This document shows positions 1 through 13,000 of a stretch of DNA of 64,000 nucleotides, in pieces. Made by a program: the position numbers and the translations under genes. Position 1 is the stretch's first letter; each line of letters opens with the position of its first letter. This stretch comes from Amoeboaphelidium protococcarum X5 (lineage: Eukaryota > Fungi > Aphelidiomycota), in NCBI GenBank assembly GCA_023515725.1, contig JALDTO010000208.1, positions 497,868 to 561,867 on the forward strand. The letters run 5' to 3'. A model generated the notes under the pieces. It worked only from the letters and a program-made list of their open reading frames with translations, was not told the DNA's origin and did no database searches.

Positions 1-1370
1 TTGCCACGTAGGTATAATGAATACGTGTCCAAATTCTGCCTAAACTATATAAAGTTGTGCCAAGTTCAATTGAATACCAATTTGGAAAATCGTTTGGTGA
101 AGCTGCTGAAAATCGCTATCACTAATATTGATAAAATGAAGTGTTGGCTTAAAATAGTCTCGTTAAGGAGTTGATTGATTGCATTGATTAAAAGCGTGTT
201 TTCAATTTCACTGAAGATAACCTGAGTATCTACTGCAAAGATGTTGAGAATCGTTTGTCAGAGGAGGACATTGAGTTGCTGAATCTTATTTATACACCTT
301 TGGCTGAAGCTGCAGGACTTATATAGCACGTCTCGGTAATATCTCAAAAAGTAGGCGACAACTGGCATGAGTATACACGGTTAATGTATCTGATATAGAG
401 ATATTTCAAAGATAATGGAATGGTTAGTTTCAATATAGTTCCGGATTTAAAGCTAAAGCCATTCCACGTCACTTTGAACAAGTCTTATGCAATGACAACT
501 ACAATTTTTGAAAAACCTAGAGATGAAAGCGTTGAAAATTTTGTGGTGCTTTAGGTATAAGAAGAGTCGAAAGTACGAAGAATTCTACTCCGACTTGTAT
601 TCAAATTCGATTTCCTACGAAGCGGGATTTATAGCTAGTGAATAATTGGAGGCAGGTAAATAGTCCAAGGACGGCGAATAAACGCGTCTATCTGCCTAGC
701 TATGGGCTCCTGGAGTTACTGGGGAATCTTCAAAGTAAAGCTCTAAGCAATGGAAAAAGTTTGAACATCAGTAGATGCCTGTTAAGAAGCAGAAATCAAG
801 TGCTTCCCTCAGTTCACCTTATTCGCTGCGCTCTAAAAGCTAGTCTGGTAAAGCTTAAAGTAATCCGCATTTAGAAATGGTGATGCAAATTCTGCAGCAA
901 TAGGAATAGCTCAGATAATAGCTCGCGGAACTACATGAAGATGATTAGGTATTTGAATTAGGCGTGGCAAGTGAAGCTGAAGAACCTGCAAGCTCTATTG
1001 ATGATGTAGTACAGTTTGAGCTTCCCAGTTAAGCTGGAGAATCTGACGTGTCTAGTGCTGCAAATGTTGAAGATGATGATCCCTTTGAGACTGACTCGAC
1101 TGACGATTAGCAGAACGTTGGAGAAGATGGTGGAGATCAGAATGTAGATTATGGGGATGAGTTGAGCGATCAAGACTTGGCCACCTTCCCCGACTTCTAC
1201 AATGCAACTGAGCAGAGATAGAATTGTGAAAAGTCCCAGTTGGATTGGCTCAATAATCCAAATTTCAAAAATTGGATATTAATGATCAGCAGCTGGTATT
1301 CATTGGTCTGGATCCTGGTGTGGACTTTCTGGCGTTTATCTAATGTACAGTCTGTTGTGGACAGGTGTGA
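1..1370 (+). pseudogene. Decayed Fanzor1 (eukaryotic TnpB/OMEGA nuclease)-like gene, copy 1; 5'-truncated by window edge, frameshifted
   Basis: Segments in order: LNYIKLCQVQLNTNLENRLVKLLK; GDNWHEYTRLMYLIQRYFKDNGMVSFNIVPDLKLKPFHVTL (~350-480); long acidic linker; RuvC-I-like LVFIGLDPG (IGLDPG at 1302-1319); TGA at 1368-1370. Several frameshifts. Confidence 0.6.
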
Positions 1371-1789
1371 TGTGGCTTATCTAGTTCGCGGATTATGAAA
1401 TCTGGAACGATTTTGATCTGAGTCAAGAAGCAACCTTAGTGAAAACTTTGAGAACACTCTTAATCTGTGAACGATAAGAACTTATTACACTTTTTTATCT
1501 TAGGAGTAAACGGTTATCCAGTAAACTGTGTCTTAATTGTGTCCCTCCTCGTGCAAAAAATGCTGCCAAACCACAAGAAAACTTGCGGATACCTGTGGCT
1601 CAAGCCTTAGTAGCTGTACCTATTGGTTTAAATGTATTTTGCAAACTTGACGCGGTGAAGCATGAGTTCTGTCATCCGGTTTTGCGTTGTACTGATCTCA
1701 AAGTAGAAGCCTGCAACCTTCTTCTGTCTTTTGCGCTTAATCACTTGGTATACAATCCTGACACTCCAATGCCAGACATCTCCTTTCGT

Positions 1790-1945
1790 GCAAATGGATA
1801 AATGCGGAGTTGGTACCGTCATCCTCAATGCAGTTGTTGATGGTGAGCGTCGCTGTCTCAAGCTGGAGAATGTCATGTACTTCCCAGGTGCTAACTGCTC
1901 CTTATTGTCAGTGTCGAAGCTGAAATACTCTGGCAAGGTGACGTT
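1790..1945 (+). mobile_element. Ty1/Copia retrotransposon pol fragment (protease/pre-integrase beta region)
   Basis: GVGTVILNAVVDGERRCLKLENVMYFPGANCSLLSVSKLKYSG matches the Copia G.GTV...L.NVLYVP...NLLSVSKL...G signature. Confidence 0.75.
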
Positions 1946-2291
1946 GATTGATCTTTACACCAACTTCTTCAGCTCTTTGATTGCTAATATTAGGTGGCAC
2001 GACCTGATAAATTACTATACCTGCAGTTGGGTGGCGTTAAACGATTTAATGAAGCACACTCTATATCTGTGAGAACAAAAGTCTGATTGGCTCGTAATTT
2101 CTGATATTACATAGGAATCATTTAAGTAATATCGGTAATTAAGTGCCAGAGCACAATAAAAGCTCTTGACTGTTGTATATAATTTCTTCTCTGTGCTGAA
2201 GTATACTCGCACTTAGTCTTTCGTTCTCTTTACTTGCAGTACGTCGTCGTCTCGTTGACTTGTTTTGGTGTGACATGCGAAGCTACTTTGA

Positions 2292-3161
2292 ACATGGTTA
2301 CCTGCTTTGGCTTCAGCTCACAATGACGATTGCGCTAGACATATAAGCACAAACTTGCCATCAAGGCTGAAACAATGGCTGCGCCACAAGTTTCGAAAAC
2401 ATCTCGGCTTCTGTTTGGAGGAAGATGATGTCAGCACCCTTGCTGTTTACGTCTTGGCGTTGATAGACCCACCTGAAGATATTGAAGAAATGGCTCCTTA
2501 TCCTGAAGAAATCATCGACAATTGTGGTAACGGAGAATTGGTGGTATATTACCTGGACTATTGCGAGACGCGCGCACGTCAATACATCCTTTGCAATCTC
2601 CCAATGGATAAGGCTAGTCTTCAGAACAACTGGCATCTGTATCTGAAATCCATGTGGCGTATCCTTCGTACATTTGAAAATAACCTTCAAATGTATAAGG
2701 ATGAGTATCTGCTAAACAATGAAGGTCCTCTGCTTAACGTTTACGCGTTGCTGCCTCTTAATGGATTTACGCAGAAGCATATCCTGATCACCTCCAATGT
2801 ACTGAAGGAGATTTGTGTTGCTGCTAATCTGCCAGACGTCTGTCAGATGGATGTTCACGCTTTGTGGTCGCATTACAGTACATCAAATTTTATGGTTTAA
2901 GCTCTGCATCGTCACGACTAACGACATGATATATCAGCATGTTCTGGAGAAGCTGCCTTGCGTATTTTTACTCGTCAAGTTCGTGAATCGTGTTATGAAC
3001 TTCATAGATATAAAATTTTAGTCATTTTAACAACATACACAGAGCTTCCATTTATGGCTTTTCACTTGAATAGCTTACACTATAGTGCGCCTGATGGAGC
3101 ATTTTACTTTTCGCAGGCGGTGTACATCAACATGAACAACAGCCCATTTATATATTGTTGA
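2292..3161 (+). pseudogene. Fanzor1-like N-terminal fragment, copy 2 (no RuvC)
   Basis: LASAHNDDCARHISTNLPSRLKQWL ... NNWHLYLKSMWRILRTFE ... YALLPLNGFTQKHILITSNVL ... LWSHY, followed by a degenerate I.TDG.S-like patch (~2910-2945). Same motif order as copy 1. No ATG start and no RuvC motifs. Confidence 0.6.
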
Positions 3162-3225
3162 CTGCCGGTCTTAGTAGATTAAGCGCAAAGACAACGAAAT
3201 CTCTAGCTTAGATAGTACATATATC

Positions 3226-3792
3226 TCAAACAAAACGCGTAATATATATCTTCAAGAGTTCTAATCTCTGCTAACCACTCTTGACGGATTACAATTCGAA
3301 CAAGTCTACTCCTTCACACTGCAGAATGTTTAAACGTTCCGTTATTGCCTCCAAAGTCCTTTTTCTACATGATTCGCAATTAAACTTTTTTATACAGCAT
3401 TAATGAATCAAAAGTTATATCAATATTTTACCCATGATAGCCGGTAATAATGCCACTTGATGGTATAACGCGATGGCACGGTACCAAATGTTTCGGGAAC
3501 GGATTCCGCGCCAAGCTATTACCAACCGCTTGACACAGTCTACCTTGCACCCCTCCCTGTTCACCGCGCTCCTTAAGAATAGCTTACGCAATCTCCTTGT
3601 ATGTCGACACTTTTCCCTTTGGAATCTACACTAGACCCAAGAACTATTTACTATCATATGCGTAAAAGTAAATCATACAAGGCTGGTGTAATAGTACACG
3701 CGTTAAGAAAACGGAGTAATGTCAGAATAGTTACAGAGAAATTCTGCATTCTGATAGTCAACGGATGGCAGAGATTATGGAGACATCGTCAT
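3226..3792 (-). CDS. MGT1: O6-methylguanine-DNA methyltransferase (MGMT/Ogt)
   Basis: TPFSQRVY..IPKGKVSTYKEIA..AVGNSLARNPFP..VPCHRVI..ILQCEGV. Introns 3626-3678 and 3365-3431 restore the frame (148 aa). Confidence 0.9.
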
Positions 3793-4166
3793 TCTCTTTC
3801 ATTCAAGAACAGTACAATTCAAGCTAACTAAAAAAACACACGAATAGTTTGAAAGCGAATCAAGTCGGATATGACGAGTGCTTCAAAAAAAACAAATTTA
3901 CTAACACGCTTCCCCTCAATTGTGTTTAAAGAGACCTACTGAAACAACGCACTCACTCACCTCAGTCACTCACTTTTGTGATCGGAGAGGCTCAAGCTCG
4001 TCCAAAAACATTTCTCACCGTTTCAGTTGTCATTTCGTTCCATTTCGTAAGCCACGTCACACTCCCGTAGGTATTGCACTCATACGCTGTTGATACTTTC
4101 CTTCTTCTTATTATTTTGTATACTGTATTTTTGTATTTAGCGTTTTAAAAAAATAGTTGTAATATA

Positions 4167-5327
4167 ATGGATTTAGTTTTGGATTTGGCTGATGGTCTGG
4201 CTTTTGATAAGCTGTACTCGTTTGCTCCCAAGTCTCTTGAATTTCTGCATGATCCTCAGGATTGGAAACGTCAGTCTCTGACAGTGTACTTGGCCGTATA
4301 TATCTCCGCATTCATATTCTACTTCTTGTTTGCTGGCACTAATTACTACCTGTTCTTTGATCATGATCTGAAGAAGCATCCTAGATGGTTGCCGCAGTAG
4401 ATTAGTAAGGAGATTGCACTGTCTACGAGTTCTTTCAGTCTCATGACTCTATACACTATGCCATGGTTTATGGGTGAAGTGTGGGGATGGTCCTAGTTGT
4501 ATAGTGGCATTGAAGACATTAATCAGATCAAACTGGCTTCTACTTTCCCTCTGAATGTCATCCAACGTTTTGCTCCTTTTCAGTGGTTGAAACAAGATCA
4601 GCGTACGTATGGCGACTTGTTTAATGGTATAATGGGTGAGTAGTTTGGCTAGTAGTATGGCGCATATGTGTTTCTAGTCTTGTCTGCTCTAACATTTCTA
4701 CTATTTACTGATATGCTAATTTACTTCATCCATCGCGGTCTGCATCATCCACTGGTGTACTCTAGAATTCATAAACCACATCACAGATGGATTGTGCCAT
4801 CACCTTTTGCATCTCATGCTTTCCATCCTCTGGACGGATACCTGTAATCCATACCATATCACATTTATGCCTTCTGCTTCCCAATGCAGAAAGTGCTCCA
4901 CTTGGGAATGTTCATTTTTGTCAACTTTTGGACCGTCTCTATCCATGACAATGTGTACGTGGTCGGGGATGGCGAAGAGCTGGCTGGTAAAGAGAGCACA
5001 CCGATTAGACTATTCCGTAAAGTTTTCCACTTTTTGGGTCTGAATGGAGCAGCCCATCACAGCATGCATCATTTGTATTTCAAAGTTAACTATGGCCAGT
5101 ACTTTGTATTCTGGGACTGGCTCTGTGGAAGCTTTCGCGTTCCGACCAGCGAAATTTTGGATCATTTCAAACTGTCTGAATCCGATCAGGAAGCAAAAAA
5201 GGCTGGTACCACCTCTAATGAAGAAGTTGTTGATGAAGAATCTTCTGTTTTAATGGATGGAGAATATTTGAATACCAAGCGCACTCGAAGCAACACCAGA
5301 AACAGATCCCTTAAGAAGGAAGAGTGA
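4167..5327 (+). CDS. ERG3: C-5 sterol desaturase
   Basis: Single frame with TAR=Gln. His boxes HRGLH, HKPHH, HSMHH; [17 protein letters not shown]; NYGQYF. Confidence 0.95.
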
Positions 5328-5474
5328 ATGCTTGTAATGTCTTTTTAATGTGATATCATTTTATCAAATGCTTCCTGACTTTTACTGTTTTATTTAAACG
5401 CCACTGAAAAGTATTATAATAACTGATACCAGTAAGAAACTAATCTAGCGAGACAAAAGACTTTTTAATACTAA

Positions 5475-6361
5475 TCATACAATACGTTCAATCTCCCGGG
5501 CGTAATGCAAGACATTCTTCATCAGTCCAATAGAGTTGATATTGACCAATTCCTACTGCGAAGATCCATCGCCAAACTTGATAACATCTCCAACTAGATT
5601 CCAATTGCGTTCCTAAGCCATCTACTTCACCACCTGCTGCGATGACTGCTGTTGCATCAGTACAGCGGCACTGGTTAGAGGCAGTTCATCATACGCCTTC
5701 TCTGCACAGTCGGCAATCTCATCTCGGATACTATCCATCAACAGGTCCAGGAAGAAGCCATACTCTTCTGCTGGCACTTGCTATCTCAACTTCTTCACCG
5801 CCGCATAACGTCCCTCCATCAGGGACTACTCCACCTGGACGGCAATCTTGATATACGGATTTGGGTTGGATAATTCAGTGGCATCAAGACATTCGACAGC
5901 TTGGTGGAAGGCTGCATTGTCAGATCGGAGTAGACAGCTCAACAGATGCAATCCCAGAAGAGGATACATTCTGGTAGATTGCGGGACGGAACTCTTGTTG
6001 TTGTTGCTGATAGTACCTGACTGAACATTTGCATCATAGTAGAAAGTGGTCAACTGAGACATTGCACGGTCAAAAGCTGGTACATCCTTCAACTTTAAAG
6101 CCAAATTTGCTCCAGCTTCCAAAACTTCTCCTACATAGTTATCAACATTGAGTATTGTTCTCAATAAATATCCAGTAACTTACTATTGAATAAGGTCCAT
6201 TGTGGATCTGCATTAGCTGAAGGTGAGTTCATCTGCAGTTGAATTTAAGCAGTCATCATCTTCAACTTCACATAAGCATCTTGGCATTATTTCAACTGAG
6301 CATTAGGCTTTCCCAACTCAGCTTTTAATTATTCAAATAATTTTACAGCTTCTGCTTGCAT
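5475..6361 (-). CDS. RPN12: 26S proteasome lid subunit Rpn12
   Basis: REVLEAGA..FDRAMSQLTTFYYD..LLGLHLL..LMEGRY..IRDEIADC..YAREIERIV*. Intron 6131-6183. Confidence 0.93.
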
Positions 6362-6649
6362 AATTTTTCTAAATATTAAGCGTAAAATTAAAATGGTCGG
6401 TATATCTTACACTCACTTCAATGACTGACTGTGAGGAAGAAGAGAGAAACGTTCAGTTCGTTCGTTCACTCGTTCGTTCCAAGGCAGTTCGCTGAAAGAG
6501 AGACGGTGATGTAGTAGAGATGAAACTTAACGCGAAGAAAGCAGTGTAAAATTAACTGTGATGCATTATTATGGAGTTAATTAATGTACAAGCCATAATT
6601 GACTATAAGATAGCAGTGCTTATGGATAAATACAGTACATCTGAATTTA

Positions 6650-8497
6650 TCAAAAGTCGCGTTAATGACTGCAGAGAGGTACGAGAAATCTGAGCATTTG
6701 CAAGTGGATGCCATTGTCGAGGTAATCCCTAGGGAAGGAGGGAAGAGTTGATAGCAGTAGGATAGCGATGGATAGTGGATTGGACTTGATGCTTCTCTAG
6801 CCAATTGAAAGAAATAGCAATCCAATTGATTAACTCACCGCCAAGTGATCACCATAAGATGCTCCACTCTGTATGTATTTCCCGTAAATAATCCTAAACA
6901 ACTTGAACGTTTGCAAGTCACCACTACCGGTCATGACCAATGCCAGTCCCATCATTGCAATATTCATGCATTGCAGGACGCGCTGTCTTTACTATTTTTG
7001 AGATATGGTCGCCGCCTTTCTAAGTTGATCCTTTAGGTTGTTGACGACATTTAAATTATATAACGACACCTCCTTATTGCAGGTGCCTGCATATTTCAAT
7101 CCTAATGCATAACAGTGTGCTGCCTAGATGCTTTATACAGTCGACGCACTATGCGAGTACATTGAGTAGAGATCATTCAAATCATCAAAAGGAACTACAT
7201 CCACATCATATAAGCGTATGAGACATTTAGCCAACACCTTGTAGAATATAACTTCATGCGTATATTGATGCAGATTATTTGGCAACTTGATGATAGATAT
7301 GGCTTTGCTATCACCAGTATTCAAGTAACTCAGGCTCAATGCTATTAAGGCAGGTATCATTGTGATTGCAGTATTTACTCCTTGGCCGTCAATATATCTG
7401 CATCCCTCCACATTTTAGAGGTCCTTCTGTAACTATGCATCATCCACCATAGTGGTGCCATTGATATAATCAAACAGCACAGACAGAGAATTTCTCTAAC
7501 CAAGCGAGACACCGCTTAATGATCCACTTCCACAATTAATCAGGCCCAATGCAAAAGCAGCATTCAAGCAGAACGCCTCCCTACTGATGCTTTATCCATC
7601 AAGCTGTCGATGTTATACCTGCCCCATTTCCTGCAAACATTAACGACTCATCTCAATAGATCCACTCTGAGCATACAACAACCCGAGACTGATATACGCC
7701 ACGGACTCTACAAGGGAGCTAACATTCACTGGTGAGTGGAAAGCACTACTGCCAGAGTGTGGATGATGTGAACCATCAGAATTATGACCATGTTGAGGTA
7801 GTAAAAAGTCATTGATATGAAGAGATAGTACTTTGGTCAATTTACCGTCCATCGACTGTAATTAAGATGCAGCGAGACCAAGTAATAGCGAACACGTTGT
7901 AAGGTCATGCTTCATATTCAGATACTCAAAAATTGAATACTGCTGAACGCCAGTCAGATTACCATTGATACCAACGCCCAAAAGAACGCCAGCCTGTTAC
8001 ATAGAGGAAGTGCCAGCAGTGTTGCATTGAAGCCATGAAATGTCTATAACTCTATCATTTCGCTGGAAGGAAAGACCCATCTTGACACCAATTAGATAAT
8101 CGGATTAATCTTTAATCTTCTACATGTGTTATTATCCAGCATCAAATTACTCCTCATTAAGAATATTAGCACCTGGTAGTTTGCCATTAAAATTCAGAGT
8201 TGGAATTGTACATTTCATGGCTTTAGAAGCACGACAGGTATGAGATTCAACCAAAGCGATTCCAAATAGACGAGCCATACTCTTTTACGCTTCTTATAAA
8301 AGATATTCTTATAACTGAATATTGACTTTATCATCAGAATTGATTTCAGATGCCAATTGCTTAGGGATCTGCACAGGACCATTTCTCCACAGCATTTGGC
8401 GACATTCATCCAGGCGCAAATCATTTGGATACAGCTTCAACTCTATTTCTTGAAGGGGATCTTTGGAATAACCAGAGCAATCTTTACAGGTATTCAT
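6650..8497 (-). CDS. APC1: Anaphase-promoting complex subunit 1, PC-repeat domain only (615 aa)
   Basis: YPNDLRLDECRQML, AGVLLGVGINGNL, HDLTTCSLLLGLAAS, TKVLSLHI, SLGLLY, YGDHLAVSQSIGLLFL, DNGIHLQMLRFL. Single frame. Confidence 0.85.
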
Positions 8498-8824
8498 TAT
8501 GTATAAATGATATATAAAATGAAAAATTCAATGACTTGGGAATATCGTAATTATAGACTTGAAGGTACAAGGTTGAACTTGATACAAAGGCGCGAGTCGT
8601 CTAAGAAGAAGAGGTTGATCGTCGACAGGAAACAATCTAACAGTATGATGTCCTTTAGAAAAGCTAAAATCTATAAAGGAAGTTAAAATCATGATAATAG
8701 TAATAATCGTATATTATTGATGTATTATATTAGCGAAATAAGATTAATGCAGTTAAAATTCCAGCTAATATATGCAGCCAGGTAAGACATCTCTCTTCAC
8801 TGGAACTAGCAATCAGAACTTTGA

Positions 8825-10000
8825 TCAATCTCCCGGTTTGTGCAACTCTTTATTAGATAGACTTGGCGATACAACACTGGCGAACCAGTCCAATTGCTAA
8901 TCTACCCATCCAGTGTTTGATTGTGACAGTTATTCAACATTCAAGGGACGTAATGCAGTATCACTATTCAACAGATTAGCTAGTTGCGGACTGATGGATT
9001 GCTGGCGAATCTGATCATTCTCACCTCTAATAGCATTGTTTACGCGTTGAGGTGCACGATTTAATGAACCTTGAATATCAATTTCGTTTTCATCAGTACT
9101 TGGACTCTATAGCAGTTACTGTAGGAGAGACATGTGCGCCTGAGATTAAATGCCTGGTGTGGTGCGAACAGGTGTGGGATACGACCAAGTTTGAGATCTT
9201 GCGCGAGATTATTATTGTTACCCAAACTTCCTACCTTAGCTACACTTCCTCCTGTCAAGTACCTCCGGGATAGACTACAGAGCCTCCTGCTATTCCTGGT
9301 CCAGCTGCACCTTTTTAAGAGTATCGTAATATCCGAGTCTATTAAGCCAAGATCTAGCGGTAGAATGGCTGATAGGCTTGATTCTACCCTGGCTAGATGC
9401 GTACAATCCAGTCAGTAGATCATAATTGATAAACTCCATGAAATCAGTGATCTTGAACAGCTTATGCTCATCTTTGAGTAGAGATTCTCGTGTCATTGTG
9501 GCCACCCACTCTTTCGCTCTCTTCAACAACTCTGGATATTCTTCCAACAACCAAGTTCTTCGCTGAGGAGGCAGTGGTGGCTCATTATGAATAATATCAC
9601 GCTTTCTTTACGCAGTCTTGCGCACTTTTTACATAGAATTTACAGCAGTGCATAAAGAAGCAAAGTGAGCAGGATCACGCTCATAAAGACCAAGACAGTC
9701 GCGAACCTTGTCAATAGAGATCTGCAAATGATCGGCAATCAGAACTTCAGTGGCATCACTCGAAGATCCTGCTTTATCATAAGACTTTTTCAGATGAATT
9801 ACCAAAAGCTTACGCCAATTCTCTGGTAGGTGATCTCTTATTGACTCTCTTATTAAATCTTCAATATTCTAATCGCCATAGTTCTCGTGGATTTCCAGGG
9901 ACTATTGAAGTTGAACTTACGGTTGTTATTCGCCAAGGGAGAACGGAGGCTCCGGACTGTAAGATGTGCTAAAACTCTTACTTCGTGATCTCGTTCGCAT
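8825..10000 (-). CDS. Intact 391-aa protein with a Tc1/mariner(IS630)-type transposase HTH but no DDE domain
   Basis: Open ATG-to-TGA frame containing FMEFINYDLL...ISHSTARSWLNRLGY...KK; the C-terminus is low-complexity S/Q/P. Confidence 0.6.
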
Positions 10001-10095
10001 GTTTAAATAGGTTAGTGTGAGATAAATTGAAATGTCAAAAGTCAGTGAAGCGAATAGTACTAACACATTATAACAGCATTCATTCATATGACGTG

Positions 10096-13000
10096 TCACT
10101 TCGCAGTCCTTCGTGTTGCTGACCTGGTCGAACGATTTGGGACGTTTTCGTCAGATATGATAGAACTAACAGGGACAGGTTGCTTCATTCTTGATTTCTT
10201 GATAGACTTCTAGTTAACAGTAATCTCAAGAGTGGCATCATTTTGCAACACATCCGTTTTAGTGGGAGACAAAGATAGCTTCTGAAGAGCCACAGATGGA
10301 TCAACCATATGAGCAGTACTAATTTTAGTAAAGTCGACAGCCAATACCGCATTACCAGCAGTTTCACTGTCTTGCTCATTCTTTAACAACACTTCATTCA
10401 GACGTCTTTCCAAATCATCAATTTACGATTGGTATACGGCGCTAATATTCCTTCTACATTTCTACAATACAATGGAAACATGCTTTTTCGATTGGGAAGA
10501 TTACATCTTGTCCGCCATAGAATTAATTCCATCAGCAAATTTCTTGAATTGCCGCTCAGTATTATATGGCAACAGAGTGAGGCAGAAAGTCAACTTCATG
10601 AGCTAAATCTGATCCTGACACAAAGTACCTTTTTGGCAAATTCTCTCAATGATATTCTCATATTGACGTTCCTTGTCCAGAAATGTAAACAGATACTTCA
10701 TCAATTCTTAGAATTTTGGCATTTCCAAGTTTTAATCTTGACTGGAGAGAATACCAATTATATCAGATAGATTATTGTACACTGCATTATCTTTTTCAGC
10801 CAAGCTACTAAAGAACACCTTCGCCAGGTCTCGAACAATTTAATCTTCCTCCTACAAACACATGGCAATCTGACTTAGATGATTCTTTGACTTTAAGAGA
10901 CCTTTAGACACCAAATTAGTGAGGACCATGAGAACATTCTGCTTGACTCTGCGTCCACCATTAGTAAGAAATGTGAACAGCCAGTCCACATTGTCATGCA
11001 TAATATTCGAATGACACACGTATAGATCACCAAGAAGGAGAACAGTATTAATCTACGAAACATCATCCTGAGATTATAGCGCCGTCGAGCATAAGACTTT
11101 AATTTTCTGATAGCAACATTGAGGCGACAGAAGCATGAGATTTCCTAAAGCAAATATAGCCTAACGTCTGACAAAGGTATTGATATCCGGCACTCTTAAT
11201 ACAATCTAAACTAACTACAAACCAAGGCGAAGGAGAGAACTTTGCCCATTCAAAAGCTACTCGTATCTAATACTTAACAAAGTATCGCCTATTGCATCTT
11301 CCGAATTTCCAACGACATCGTCTATAGTATCTCCAGGACTACTAGATGAAGTTGCCGACTTTGGATGCGCAGATTATCCATTGGACTCGATCTCTTTACA
11401 AAGCTTTTCCACCTTTTGCAAATGACCAATAAGATGAATCGCAGCATTTCCAATCATAAATAATGCTTTACTAACTTTAAATACACTCATACGTTATAAC
11501 CCATTACCAAAAGCTTGCTTAATACACTCTCGAGTCCAAGAAGAGACTAAAATCTCCGGTCGATCAGCAATACCAAAAACTCCTTTAAAGATCAACGATG
11601 CAACTTCAAACCACATACCACTTAAACTGTTGGAGAAGATAACACTGCTACAGAACTGAAGTAATGGATCAGATACCTCTAGAAACTTGACCGTCTTGCC
11701 ATGTTTAGTTCCTTTCTTGGAGCCTTATGAATTAGATTAAGCCTTTAATTGAAACTCAAACATAATGGATAGACCGTAATAAGTGAATGACATATCAGAA
11801 GATGGTTCCATTGAGGTCAAAGTATCCAATAAACGATTCAGCTTTGTAACAGCTATACTATCGTCCTACTTAACAAACAGATAGTACAATCTAATAGAAT
11901 TGCTTCCTATTGCATCTCTAACATTCTAATCAAAGACATTATTCCATAAGCGATCCACTAACTCAGCAGGAATGAGCTGTTTCTCTTTCAAGGCGGCTAA
12001 TATCTCAACCAGAGACTCGCGATCTGCAAACGACATGTTCTTTGTTAGATGTAGCAAACTCTCAATGCCCAATTCCATCTAAACAGGATCATCCACATCA
12101 AGATCGAGATACAAACTGTGAAAAGCTTGCAAGACATGTTCCCTGATGCTTCTGGATTCCATATCACCAGTATCTTTGGACCAAACCAGATATAAGACTT
12201 TCTTCACCGACAAGACAGCTTCCTTAATATCGACTCTTGCAGCATCTACAATACAGTGAATAGATTCAACCACGTCGCTTTTGACTTTAGAATGCAGAAG
12301 AGAGCTGACAATCTCTAGAGATTACTGAACTTGCAAGGCAAAATCAACAGCGTCCTCATAATACTTTCGCTAAACTTACAGTTGAGTAATTTCTTCTTCA
12401 GAATAGATTGGTTAATCGGCTCCCTCACCGCCTATTACACTCTTTCTTCTATCCTCAGCAAGCAATTCCTTTGCGGATTAAGGCAAAGCATCCTCCAGCT
12501 CGGCAATAATATCTTAAGCTCCACTTTCGTCTTTTCTTAACTCTGATACCTTTTGCAATTATTCGTTGAAATGTTCGTACTTCTACTTGAAGAGCTAAAC
12601 ATCAATGCCACCTCCATCTAACCAAAACGGATGATACTTGATAGCACAGGCAATGAATCTTATAGCTTCCTTTCTAACGATGCTCGACTTGTCTACAAGT
12701 CTGCCAATAGCCAGATCAACCACAAACTTCCTTCTAGGGAGAGGTATACAGTTTCTAAAAGAGTTGCCATCAGCCACATGACACAAAAGCGCAAAAGTCT
12801 TCAAAACTTTGGCGCGGCAATAAGAGGAAGTGTCATGTAATCTTTACTCCAGCAGAAGACTTATACGCATACAATCATCAGTATAGGTATCACTGGGTTG
12901 ATTAGGAATTATCGACAACATCTAGCCTAAAATCTCGATAACTGAGCAGCGAATTACATAAGAATCAGAGTCGATTTGAGTTTACAAATGACCAATGTGA

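Noticed and set aside
1370-1520. Fanzor omegaRNA or element end
   Set aside because: The gene is truncated after RuvC-I, and no second copy or clear structure defines a boundary.
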